A DNA stretch of 64,000 nt from positions 62,001 to 126,000 of the forward strand of contig JAPDFW010000083.1 in NCBI GenBank assembly GCA_028826165.1, in the 5' to 3' direction. This document shows, in pieces, positions 51,069-61,755 of the stretch. Made by a program: the position numbers and the translations under genes. The number at the start of each line of letters is the position of its first letter. Positions within the stretch are counted from its first letter, which is position 1. The notes beneath the pieces were generated by a model. The model searched no databases, was not told the DNA's origin, and worked only from the letters and a program-made list of their open reading frames with translations. The DNA is from Anaeramoeba ignava BMAN (Eukaryota > Protista > Anaeramoebae).

Positions 51069-52874
51069 ATGAATGATTGTTTATTTTTTGGTTTAAATCA
51101 ATTTCCAAAACTTTTTAAAAATGAAACAGAAAAAATAACAAAACCAATTCAATTTAAATTTGAAAATGAAAATGAAAATGAAAATGAAAATGAAAATGAA
51201 AATGAAAATGAAAAACAAATTAAACAAATTTCATCAGGAAATTTCTCAACAATTTTCCTTTTTAAAAATGGAAAAGCAATAGAATATTTAAATGAAAAAG
51301 ATCCAAATCAAAATCCTTCAGAAATCCAAATTGAAGAAAATATTGAAAAAGTAACTGTTGGTTTTTGGAATGAAGCTATTTTAACAATAGAAGGAAATGT
51401 ATTTGCCAAAGGAAAAGTTATTAATCCAAATAATCCAAATCAATTTATCAATATTTCATCATTAATTGAAGATACAAATGATAGAATTATTCAAGATATT
51501 GTTTCTGGATACAATTCAATTTACTTATTAACTTCAAATCAAAACGTTTATGGATTTGGTTCAAATGATTATGGTCAATTTGGTTTTTATTCTAAAACAC
51601 TTTATAAAACAGAAAAACCAATTTTAATGATGAAAAATGTTTCTAAAATATTTTCAGGAAATACTTCATTTCATGTTTTTCTTTTAAATTCAAATCAAGA
51701 ATTATCTGGATGTGGATATAATTATTATGGTCAAGTTGGATTAGGAGAATCAAGAAGAAAAGAAAAAAAAATCAAAAAATTAACCAAAATTCCAAATATT
51801 CCAAAAGGCAAAATAATTGATATTCAATGTGGGCACGCTTATTCAATAATGATGATTGAAAATGAAAATAAAAATCCAAAAAGAAAACTTTATTCAACTG
51901 GAGATTATGAATATAATGGACTTGGCAAAAATGGAGATGAAAATACTTATGAATTTACTGAAATCAAATCATCTTTATTTGAAAATGATAATATTCTTGA
52001 ATTTTCTGTTGGGAATGCTCATACTTTGATATTAACATCTCATAATAAGATGATAGTATTTGGAGATAATTTTTATGGTGAATTAGGAACTGGAAATACA
52101 AAAAATCAATTAATTCCAATTCAAATTGAACTTCCTAAATTAAGATTTAATGAAAATATTTCTAATTATCATATTTCTTGTGGAGTTGATAAAACATTTC
52201 TTTATTATTCTTCTCCTTCTTTTTCCAATCTTGAAGAAGATTTGATAAAATTATTTAGAAGAAAAGAATTTTGTGATATTTCATTTAAAACCAAAAATGG
52301 AGAAATAATTGAAGCTCATAAATTAATATTGAAATATAGATTAAATCAAAATCAAATTGAAAAACTTCAAGAAATTATTTCAAATAAATCAATTAAAGAA
52401 TCAAATCAAATATTTGAAATGATTTATTCAAACAGAATTATAAATCCAAAATTATATTTTGAAATTAAAGAAATTATAAATTCAAATGAAAAAATAGAAG
52501 AAACAATGAAAAGAATTTATTTAAATGAAAATGAAAATGAAAATGAAAAAGATTTTATTATTGAAAGAAAAGAAAAACAATATAAATTCCCAAAATTAAT
52601 ATTAATAATGAGAAGTGAATTATATCGAGGAATGTTTTTATCTGTAACTGAAGATAAATCTAATAAAGTTACAGATTATAGTGAATTAAGTAATGAATCA
52701 TTTCAAATATTTGAATATTGGATTTATTCAAATCAAATCAAAGAAGATATTCAAATTACACAAGAAATAATTAATGAAATTCAAATTGGAATTGATTATT
52801 TTCAATTAAATCAAACAAATCCAAATTTATTTGATTTATTAATTAAAAAATTTAATAATCAAAATCAAAATTAA
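51069..52874 (+). CDS. RCC1 + tandem BTB protein, copy F
   Basis: Intact ORF. The true start MNDCLFFG at 51069 is assigned by homology to the paralogues; the upstream extension is (TTAAAA)n. Confidence 0.92.
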   Translation: MNDCLFFGLNQFPKLFKNETEKITKPIQFKFENENENENENENENENEKQIKQISSGNFSTIFLFKNGKAIEYLNEKDPNQNPSEIQIEENIEKVTVGFWNEAILTIEGNVFAKGKVINPNNPNQFINISSLIEDTNDRIIQDIVSGYNSIYLLTSNQNVYGFGSNDYGQFGFYSKTLYKTEKPILMMKNVSKIFSGNTSFHVFLLNSNQELSGCGYNYYGQVGLGESRRKEKKIKKLTKIPNIPKGKIIDIQCGHAYSIMMIENENKNPKRKLYSTGDYEYNGLGKNGDENTYEFTEIKSSLFENDNILEFSVGNAHTLILTSHNKMIVFGDNFYGELGTGNTKNQLIPIQIELPKLRFNENISNYHISCGVDKTFLYYSSPSFSNLEEDLIKLFRRKEFCDISFKTKNGEIIEAHKLILKYRLNQNQIEKLQEIISNKSIKESNQIFEMIYSNRIINPKLYFEIKEIINSNEKIEETMKRIYLNENENENEKDFIIERKEKQYKFPKLILIMRSELYRGMFLSVTEDKSNKVTDYSELSNESFQIFEYWIYSNQIKEDIQITQEIINEIQIGIDYFQLNQTNPNLFDLLIKKFNNQNQN

Positions 52875-52970
52875 AATTAAAATTAAAATTAAAATTAAAA
52901 TTTAAATTCAAAATATTTTTCATTTTTCATTTTTCATTTTTCATTTTTCATTTTTCATTTCAAAAAAAAA

Positions 52971-53570
52971 ATGTCTTTTGAAACATTATTCAATCTTCGA
53001 TTTACAGCTAAAAGATTACACAAAGATTCAATACGAGAAGAAAAGAAAAGCGAAAGAGAGAAAAAGAAAGTATTAGCAGCATTAAAAAGCGGGAATAAAG
53101 AAAAAGCCGAAATTCTAGCAGGAAACGCAATTCGAATGCACAAACAATCAATTCAATTACTTCATTTATCATCTAAAATCGATGCAATTCGTGAGAAAAT
53201 TGAGCAACAAAAAACAATGGGACAAATTAATAAAGTTCTTCAAAAATCAGCAATTGCAATGAATAAAGAACTTTCCAAAGAATTGAATCCTCAAAAACTC
53301 ATGCAACTTATGCAAAAATTTGGAGAGCAAGAAGAGGATTTAGAAGTTAAAAGTATGTTTATTGATGAAATGATTTCCCCAAATGCTCAACCTATTCTTG
53401 ATTCAGAAGTCCAAGACTTAATTGCTCAAGCTACTAATGAAACTTCTCAAAAATTACCTGAAGTTCCTAATCTTCCTGAATTTCCTTCTCTTGATGGTTT
53501 GCCTGAAATTGATGAAAAAGCTAAAAATACTGAGAAAAAACCTGTTCAAGAAGCTAATCAACTCAAATAA
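52971..53570 (+). CDS. CHMP1: ESCRT-III subunit CHMP1/Did2/Vps46-like (divergent)
   Basis: LFNLRFTAKRL, EKKKVLAALKSGNKEKAEILAGNAIR, LSSKIDAI and LMQKFGEQEEDLEV match the CHMP1 core. Confidence 0.85.
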   Translation: MSFETLFNLRFTAKRLHKDSIREEKKSEREKKKVLAALKSGNKEKAEILAGNAIRMHKQSIQLLHLSSKIDAIREKIEQQKTMGQINKVLQKSAIAMNKELSKELNPQKLMQLMQKFGEQEEDLEVKSMFIDEMISPNAQPILDSEVQDLIAQATNETSQKLPEVPNLPEFPSLDGLPEIDEKAKNTEKKPVQEANQLK

Positions 53571-54106
53571 TTTTTTTTAATTTTGATTTTGATTTTGAAT
53601 TATTTTTTCTTTTTTTGGATTAAAATCACAATTATTTTTAATTTTGGATTTTAATTTAATTTTTAATTTTAATTTTAATTTTAATTTTAATTTTAATTTT
53701 AATTTTAATTTTAATTTTAATTTTAATTTTAATTTTAATTTTGAATTTTTTAAATTTGATTTTTAATTTTGATTTTAATTTTAATTTTAATTTTTAATTT
53801 TTAAATTCTCTTAAATTTTAATTTTTATTTTAAATTTAAATTTTAAATTTATTTTGAAAATGAAAATTTTTAACAAACATTGCCAAATTTTAATTTAATT
53901 TTAATTATTTTAATTTTGAAAAATTTTGATGCTCTTTGCCAATCATATTTTTTTTAAATTTGATTTTGGTATTTTGAAGGTAAAAATCTATTTTATTGAT
54001 TTTTTTGAAATTAAATTTATTTTGAAATTGAATTTTTATTTTGAAATTTTTTGAATTTTTATTTTTTAATTTTTAATTTTTAAATTTTTCTCTTTTTGAA
54101 TTAAAA

Positions 54107-57100
54107 ATGTCAATTTATTAAAATTTCTTTTAATTCTGTTTTGCAACAAAAGAATTTACAAAATTAAAGATTTTGTTTTAAAATCACATTAAATTTATTT
54201 TTGAAAATGAAACATTTCGAGCATTTCTTGAATTAAATTTATTTTGAAACGTGCCAGTTTAAATTTATTTTAATTTGAAGTTAATTTCCAAAAATTAAAT
54301 TTATTTTCAAGTAAATTTATTTTGAAAAAAATTTTTGATTATTTTTTAAATTTATTTTTGAAAACAATAGATATTTATTTTGGCCATTGATTTTTGAATT
54401 TTTCTTTTTGAATTTTGATTTTCAATTTTTTCAAATTTTCAAAAATCCTGAATTAAATTTTTGTTGTTTATAAATTTTCTTAAAAACTCCAATAACTGAG
54501 AAGGTAAAAATCTATTTTGAATTAAATTTATTTTTTAAATTTATTTTGAAATTAAATTTATTTTGAATTAAATTTATTTTTTGAATTTATTTTGAATTAA
54601 ATTTATTTTTTGATTTATTTTGAATTAAATTTATTTTGAAATTGAATTTAATTTGAATTAAATTTATTTTGAAATTAAATTTATTTTGAATTAAATTTAT
54701 TTTGAAATTAAATTTATTTTGAATTAAATTTATTTTGAATTAAATTTATTTTGAAATTTTTGAAATTAAATTTATTTTGAAATTGAATTTATTTTGATTT
54801 TGAAATTGAATTTATTTTGAATTAAATTTATTTTTGAAATTGATTTAAATTTATTTTGAATTAAATTTATTTTGAAATTGAATTAAATTTATTTTGATTT
54901 GAATTTATTTTTGATTTAAATTTTGATTTTAAATTTAATTTATTTTGAATTAAATTTATTTTTTGATTTAAATTTATTTTGAATTGAATTTATTTTGAAT
55001 TAAATTTATTTTGAAATTGAATTAAATTTATTTTGAAATTGAATTAAATTTATTTTGAAATTGAATTAAATTTATTTTGAATTGATTTAAATTTATTTTG
55101 AAATTAAATTAAATTTATTTTGAATTAAATTTGAAATTGAATTTATTTTGAAATTAATTTTGAATTTAATTTTGATTTTTATTTTGATTTTGATTTTGAT
55201 TTTGATTTTCCTTTTAAAAAGATCCAAATAAAAGTTCATTTGGAACGTGATTTTACAGGTGAAAAAAGTCAAGTTTTATTATCAGCTGGAAATGATATTA
55301 TAATTGAAGAAATTATTTGCAGAATTTCTTATAGAAGAAAAGTAGATCCAACTACCATTCAATTATTTATAAAATTTCAAGAAGAAGGTAAAAAATTTTT
55401 TTTCAACTTAAAATTTATCAATTCAATTAAATTCAATCCAAATTTTTTTTTTAAAAATAGGAAAAGAAAAGAAAATTCAGCTCCAAGATCAAGAGAAATT
55501 AGTAGATGTTCTGAAAAGAGATATTTCTCGATCCTCTTTTTATTTTTATGCAAAAGAAAAAAATCAAAACTTACTTATTGAAGAACAAGAAGTCAAACCC
55601 AAACATAAAAAAGATTCAAATTCAATTTCATCAAGTATTTCATCTTCTTCTCTAAATTCCTTTTATGAAGACATGGAAAACTCACAAGACGAAGATGAAG
55701 ATGAAAATGAAAAAAATCCGTTGGATTCGTTTCCAAGTGAAATCAATATTGATGAGTTAGACATTCCTTTACCGAATGAAATTCTTGAGCAAGATTGGAA
55801 TGAATCCAAATTTTTAAATAGCGCAAATATTCCAGATCCTGATTTTGTTATTGATAATGAAAAAATCGAACAAGATGCAAAAAAACTTGAAAATATTTAC
55901 ACAAAAAATTTGGAAAACGATCAAGAATTTCAAAATACAAATCAAAAACCCAAAATTTTACCAAAAAAACATTCAAAAGATGAAAAAAATCATAAGACGA
56001 GCGAGAATATTAATAAAGAACATCATCATAATCAAAACAAAATTGAATCACAGAAACAAAAATTCAACCGAATGGACAATAATTCGGAAAATTATCAACA
56101 AGAAAAATTCACTGATTTAAAAAGATTATCATTAGCAAATTTACCGAAAAATTTCTTCGAGATTTTAGTATCCAAAAACATATCAACAGACTCACAAAAC
56201 ATTTACACTGATAACATTATTGATGATTTCCTGGAAGTAAACTTCACATTTCTGAAGCTGAACAATTATATCAAACTAAAAGAGTATGAAAGTAACATCG
56301 AAGATTCGGATTCCGAAGCTGATGAACTATCAGATTTTGGTGATTTTGATGAATATTACAACGAGAGTTTGAACGGAGTCAACGATATACTTGAAAATAT
56401 CTTGATGCCTCATGACGATCCAAATCTGTCGCAAGAAATGGAGCTGAAAAATATGGAGGACACATCCGAAATTTATTCAATGAGCGAGAACGAAAGTGAA
56501 ATACATAAATCAAGCACAACAACCGAACAAACTCAAGTTTCTGAAGATGAATCACACAAGTTGGTCATGTCAGAAAAAACGGATACAGAAACACATGACC
56601 ATGATTTAAATGAAATCTCCGATCCAAATTGGAGCGACATTAGTTTTATTCATCATGAAGAAACAGAAATAATTATTCCAATTGAAAAAAACGAAATCAA
56701 AGAAGAACAACAACAGAAAATACCTCTTGTTCCAACTCCGCCCATAGAACCTCCTCCTCCATCGGATGACGAGGTCGAGGACGATACTCCAAAAGAAAGT
56801 CCGCAAATTATTTTCACTCAGAATCCCAATTCCTCAATTCCGCTCCGCAAATCATCTGGCGGACCCCAAATATCTTATGATTTCCCTCCAAAATTTGCTT
56901 TTAAAACTTCCCTTGTCGATTTTAATGAATTCAACAGAAATATTATGGATTTTATTGTTGAATTGAACACTAAATATCTTATTGAATCTGGTTATTTTCT
57001 TGAAACTAATGGCCAACTTGCTAAAATTCAAAAAAATATGGCCATTTTAGAAACAATTAAATCAGAAATGGAATATATTGGCTCGAATTTTAAGAACCAT

Positions 57101-60100
57101 TTAGCCAATTTAACTCGAGTTTGTGAAAATGAAATTTATCTTTTTCTTGATTTCGCAATTCCTTTTATTTGCAAAGTATATATATATATATATTTGATCT
57201 TTTCCAAAAAAAAAAAAAAGAAACGAATTGATTATTTATTATTAATTATTATTATTTATTATTTATTATTTATTATTTATTATTTATTATTTATTATTGA
57301 TTATTAATTATTTATTATTTATTATTTATTATTTATTATTTATTATTTATTATTGATTATTTATTATTGATTATTAATTATTTATTATTTATTATTTATT
57401 ATTAATTATTAATTATTAATTAATTATTATATATTATTTATTATTTATTATTATTTATTATTTATTATTATTTATTATTTATTTATTATTTATTATTTAT
57501 TATTTATTATTATTTATTATTATTTATTTATTATTTATTATTTATTATTATTTATTATTTATTATTATTTATTATTTATTTATTATTTATTATTTATTAT
57601 TTATTATTATTTATTATTTATTTTTATTATTTATTATTAATTATTTATTATTAATTATTTATTATTATTTATTATTTATTATTAATTATTTATTATTTAT
57701 TATTTATTATTTATTATTATTTATTATTTATTTTTTGAAATATTTTTCAATAGCAAAATAATATTAAACAAGATTTTAAAGGAAAAGATACAAAAACACT
57801 ATTAGAAATGATCCAAAAAAACCAAATTAAGTTAACAAATGATAAGAAAGAGGAAATTATTTCATTATTAAAAAATCTAATATCTTTATCAGAATTTGTT
57901 TCTTCAGCCAATAGCGTAATCAAAGAAAAGAAAAGAAAAGAAAATTATAATATTCTTAGAATATTTATTTTGGTTGTTTTGATTATTATTAGGGAGTAAT
58001 TGAATTAATTAAACAAGATTTAGGAGTTTATTATTTTGATACTAATAATGAATTAGAAATGGCAAGTGGAAAAGTGAGCGAATCAACATTAGGAGGTAAA
58101 ATTTTTTTTTTACAATCGAATATTTTTTTGTAAATTTTTAAAATCAACTCCATTTAGTTCAATTTAATCTTCGACCTGTTAATGTTGGATCACTTGAAGT
58201 TAAAATTCACTCAAAAAGATTGCCAGCGTATCTTGCATTAACTGCATCTTTTTTGCATATCTTTTTATTAGATAAACATAAACCAAATAATATCACTGAA
58301 AAGCTTCGAACAGGAATTCCTGATCAAAGTTTCCCAATTAACATGATTAGAGTTCATAAACATCTTGAAATTCAAGGAAAGGAAAATTTCTTTTCTTCGA
58401 AATTAACTTGTGGAGATGATGAGATTGAAATTATAAGCAATGATGAATTAGTTATTGAGAATTGGAGTCGGATGCTTACAATCATGCATTCCAGATTAGA
58501 AGCTCATCAAATGATTCGGTAAATTAAAAATATTAATAAAATATTTAATAAAATATTTAAATATTTAAAATATAAATAAAATATTAATAAAATATTAATA
58601 AAATATTAATAAAATATAAAATATTAATAAAATATTAATAAAATATAAAAAATATTCATAAAATATTAATAAAATATTCATAAAATATTAAAAATATAAA
58701 AAATATAAATAAAATATTAATAAAATATAAAAATATTAATAAAATATAAAAATATTAATAAAATATTAATAAAATATTAATAAAATATTAATAAAATATT
58801 AATAAAATATTAATAAAATATTAATAAAATATTAATAAAATATTAATAAAATATTTATAAAATATTTATAAAATATTAATAAAATATTAATAAAATATTT
58901 ATAAAATATTAAAAATATAAAAATATTAATATAAATAGTGTCAATCCTGTTTCCTCAAAATATAAATATTCATACACAGTTATCATCCATGAATATGTTG
59001 AAGATGATGGTTCTTTCTCTTTTGATGTTCGCTCATTTAGTTCAATGTGGTCCATTTCCAAAACATTTTTAGAATTTATTGATTTACTTGAAAATTTAAA
59101 GCAAAAATTTAGCACACACATTTTTCCTAAAATGTCGAAAATATTCGACAAATTAATTAAACTCACGCGAACAAAATCAGTTCAGAATGAAGTTATCCAA
59201 GATAATATAAAGCTATTCACTGTTGCACTCTATTATACAGAAGCAACACTTCGCGAATTACTTGGAAATCCCGAAGTTGCACATTGCTCAGAAGTTATTC
59301 ATTTTTTCCAGATTGATAATATTTTCCATCCAATTGCAATGCAAGATGTTGAATATATCAAGTTTCTTTGTGTTGAAGAGCCAAAATCATTGAATTCATT
59401 CACCGATAATGGCGATTCACTACTTCATTATCTTCTTCTCAATTACGATAATTCTGATGTTATTCAAATGGTTTTGAAATCAAATCCTGATCTTTTTAAA
59501 ATTCCAAATGGAGAAGAAATCACACCAATTTTACTTGCAGTTAAACTAGGACAAATTGAGATTTTGAAAATATTTTCTCAAATTGAACAAGTTGATCTTA
59601 ATTTTGTTCATGAAAACTTTCGCGGAATAACTCCGTTTTTATTTTCAATTGAAAACCGCAATTTAAAAGTTGCTGAATTTCTTATTTCGCAAAAATGTGA
59701 TTTGAATGCACAAGAAACTCAATCAAAAAAATCTGCACTTCATTATGCAGTTGAATTTCAAGATTTGGAAATTGTTTTATTTTTGTTGAATAATTCGATT
59801 AATCTTGAATTGAGAAATTCTGATAATTTCACATCTTTACATCTTGCAATTCAGAAAGGATGTAAAGATATTGTTGATAACCTTTTAAAATTTGGAGCTG
59901 ATCCAAATGCACAAACATTAAATGGATTAAATTGGTAAAAATATTTAGCAAATTCAATTAAAATCAAAATTCATTTTCAATTTAAATTTAAAATCAAAAT
60001 TCATTTCAAAATTAAAATCAAAATCAAAATTCATTTCAAATTTAAAATTAAAATCAAAATTAAAATTCATTTTCAATTTAAAATCAAAATTAAAATCAAA

Positions 60101-61648
60101 ATTAAAATCAAAATTAAAATCAAAATTCATTTTCAATTTAAAATTCATTTTCAATTCAAAATCAAAATTTAATATATTTTTAAATATTTTTCAAATAGTT
60201 TGCATTTAGCAGCAAATTCAAAAAATAGTGAAATTCTAAAATTGGTTCTTAATACAAAAAAAGTGGATATCAATTCTTTTGATAATACTCATAAAACACC
60301 ATTACTTTATGCTGTTGAAACTGGGAATATTCAACTTGTTTCGTTATTAATTCAACAAAAAGCAAAACTAGATTTAAGTGATGATTCTTCTTTTACAATT
60401 TTTCATAAAAGTATTTTGATGAATAATGAAGAGATGTTCTTTTATTTAGCAAAACAAGCAAATTCTGAAGAAGAATTAAATATTAATTCAGGATCACCTT
60501 CTGGAGATCTTCTTATTCATTCAGCTATTATAATAAGAAATTTCAATATTTTAAAATTTATTATTGAACATGAAGGATTAATAAATGCACAAAATCATAA
60601 AGAAGAGACACCACTTCATTTAGCAGCTTATACTGGTATTAAAAAAATATTTAATTCAATTCAAAATGAAAAAATTAAAAAAATATTTAATTCAATTCAA
60701 AATGAAAAAATTAAAAAAATATTTAATTCAATTCAAAATTAAATTCAAAATGGAAAAATTAAAAAAATATTTAATTCAATTCAAAATGAAAAAATTAAAA
60801 AAATATTTATATTTATATTTATTTTTAAAAAAAAAGGCAACTTTGAAATTATAAAACTCCTTCTTGAAAAAGGAGCTGATCCAAAAATTCAAGATTTAAA
60901 AAATCAATTCCCAATTTTTATCATTTGTGATTGTGCAACACTTTATGGAGTAAAAATAACAAAATTAATCACTCTTTTATTAAGTAAAGGAACAGATATC
61001 AACTGTAAAAATGGAGAACTAAAACAAACATGCCTTCATTTAGCAGTTCAAAAAAAGAATATGAAATTAATAAGATTTTTTATTGAAAAAGGAGCAGATA
61101 TGAATATTCAAGATTCAAATGGATCAACTTGTTTGCATTATGCAATCAAAACAGATGATATTGAAATCATGAAATATCTCTGTAAAAATGGAGCTTATAC
61201 TGAGATTCAAGATCGGGATGGAAAATCACCATTAAATTATATGCAACCCAAAAAAAGAAAGCAAATCAAAGACTTAATTACAAAGTGGCAAGAAAAATTA
61301 TTATTGAAAAAAACAGAACAAGTTAAACAAATCAAAATGAAAGAAAGAGCAGAACATTTTAAAATTGTTTGTCATGAACAAAATTCATTGAAAGTTATGT
61401 CCACTTCAATATTTTCAGTTTCAAAAATGGAAAAATTTTCGGATTTAAAAGAAGCAATTAAAAAAAAATTTAAATTTCCAAATGATGATTTTGTTTTGGT
61501 TTGTGAAGATAAATTTGGAAATTTAATTTATTTTGATGATGATTCTGATATTAATAATATTTATTTTCCAAATGTTGTTGAGATTCATTTGTATTTTATT
61601 CAAGATGCTGAAAAATTATTTGAGTTTGGATTTTTTTTCCAAAAATAA
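54107..61648 (+). CDS. Large multidomain protein: ubiquitin/RA-like fold, acidic linker, helical region, PH, PX, ankyrin repeats, PB1; first exon corrupted
   Basis: Exons approx. (54107-54503 garbled), 55222-55387, 55461-57175, 57754-57916, 57993-58095, 58157-58519, 58939-59934, 60198-60635, 60837-61648. PH (ENWSRML), PX (WSISKTFLEFIDLLENLKQKF..ELLGNPEVAHCSEVIHFF), ankyrin (SALHYAV, TSLHLAI, TPLHLAA, TCLHYAI) and PB1 (FSDLKEAIKKKF..EDKFGNLIYFDDDSDI). Confidence 0.75.
54520..55165. repeat. Intronic (AATTAAATTTATTTTG[A])n 16-17-mer array
   Basis: Directly visible. Confidence 0.85.
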
Positions 61649-61755
61649 TTTAATTTCGAATTCCAAAGAAAAAAGGAATTTAATTTAATTTAATTTGATT
61701 TGATTTTCAAAAAAAAGGAAAATAAATATCAATTTTTCTTTTTAAATTTTTCTTT

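Noticed and set aside
39537-52874. Diversity-generating retroelement as the source of RCC1 loop variation
   Set aside because: No reverse transcriptase or template repeat in the window, and the variation includes indels and is not evidently adenine-restricted.
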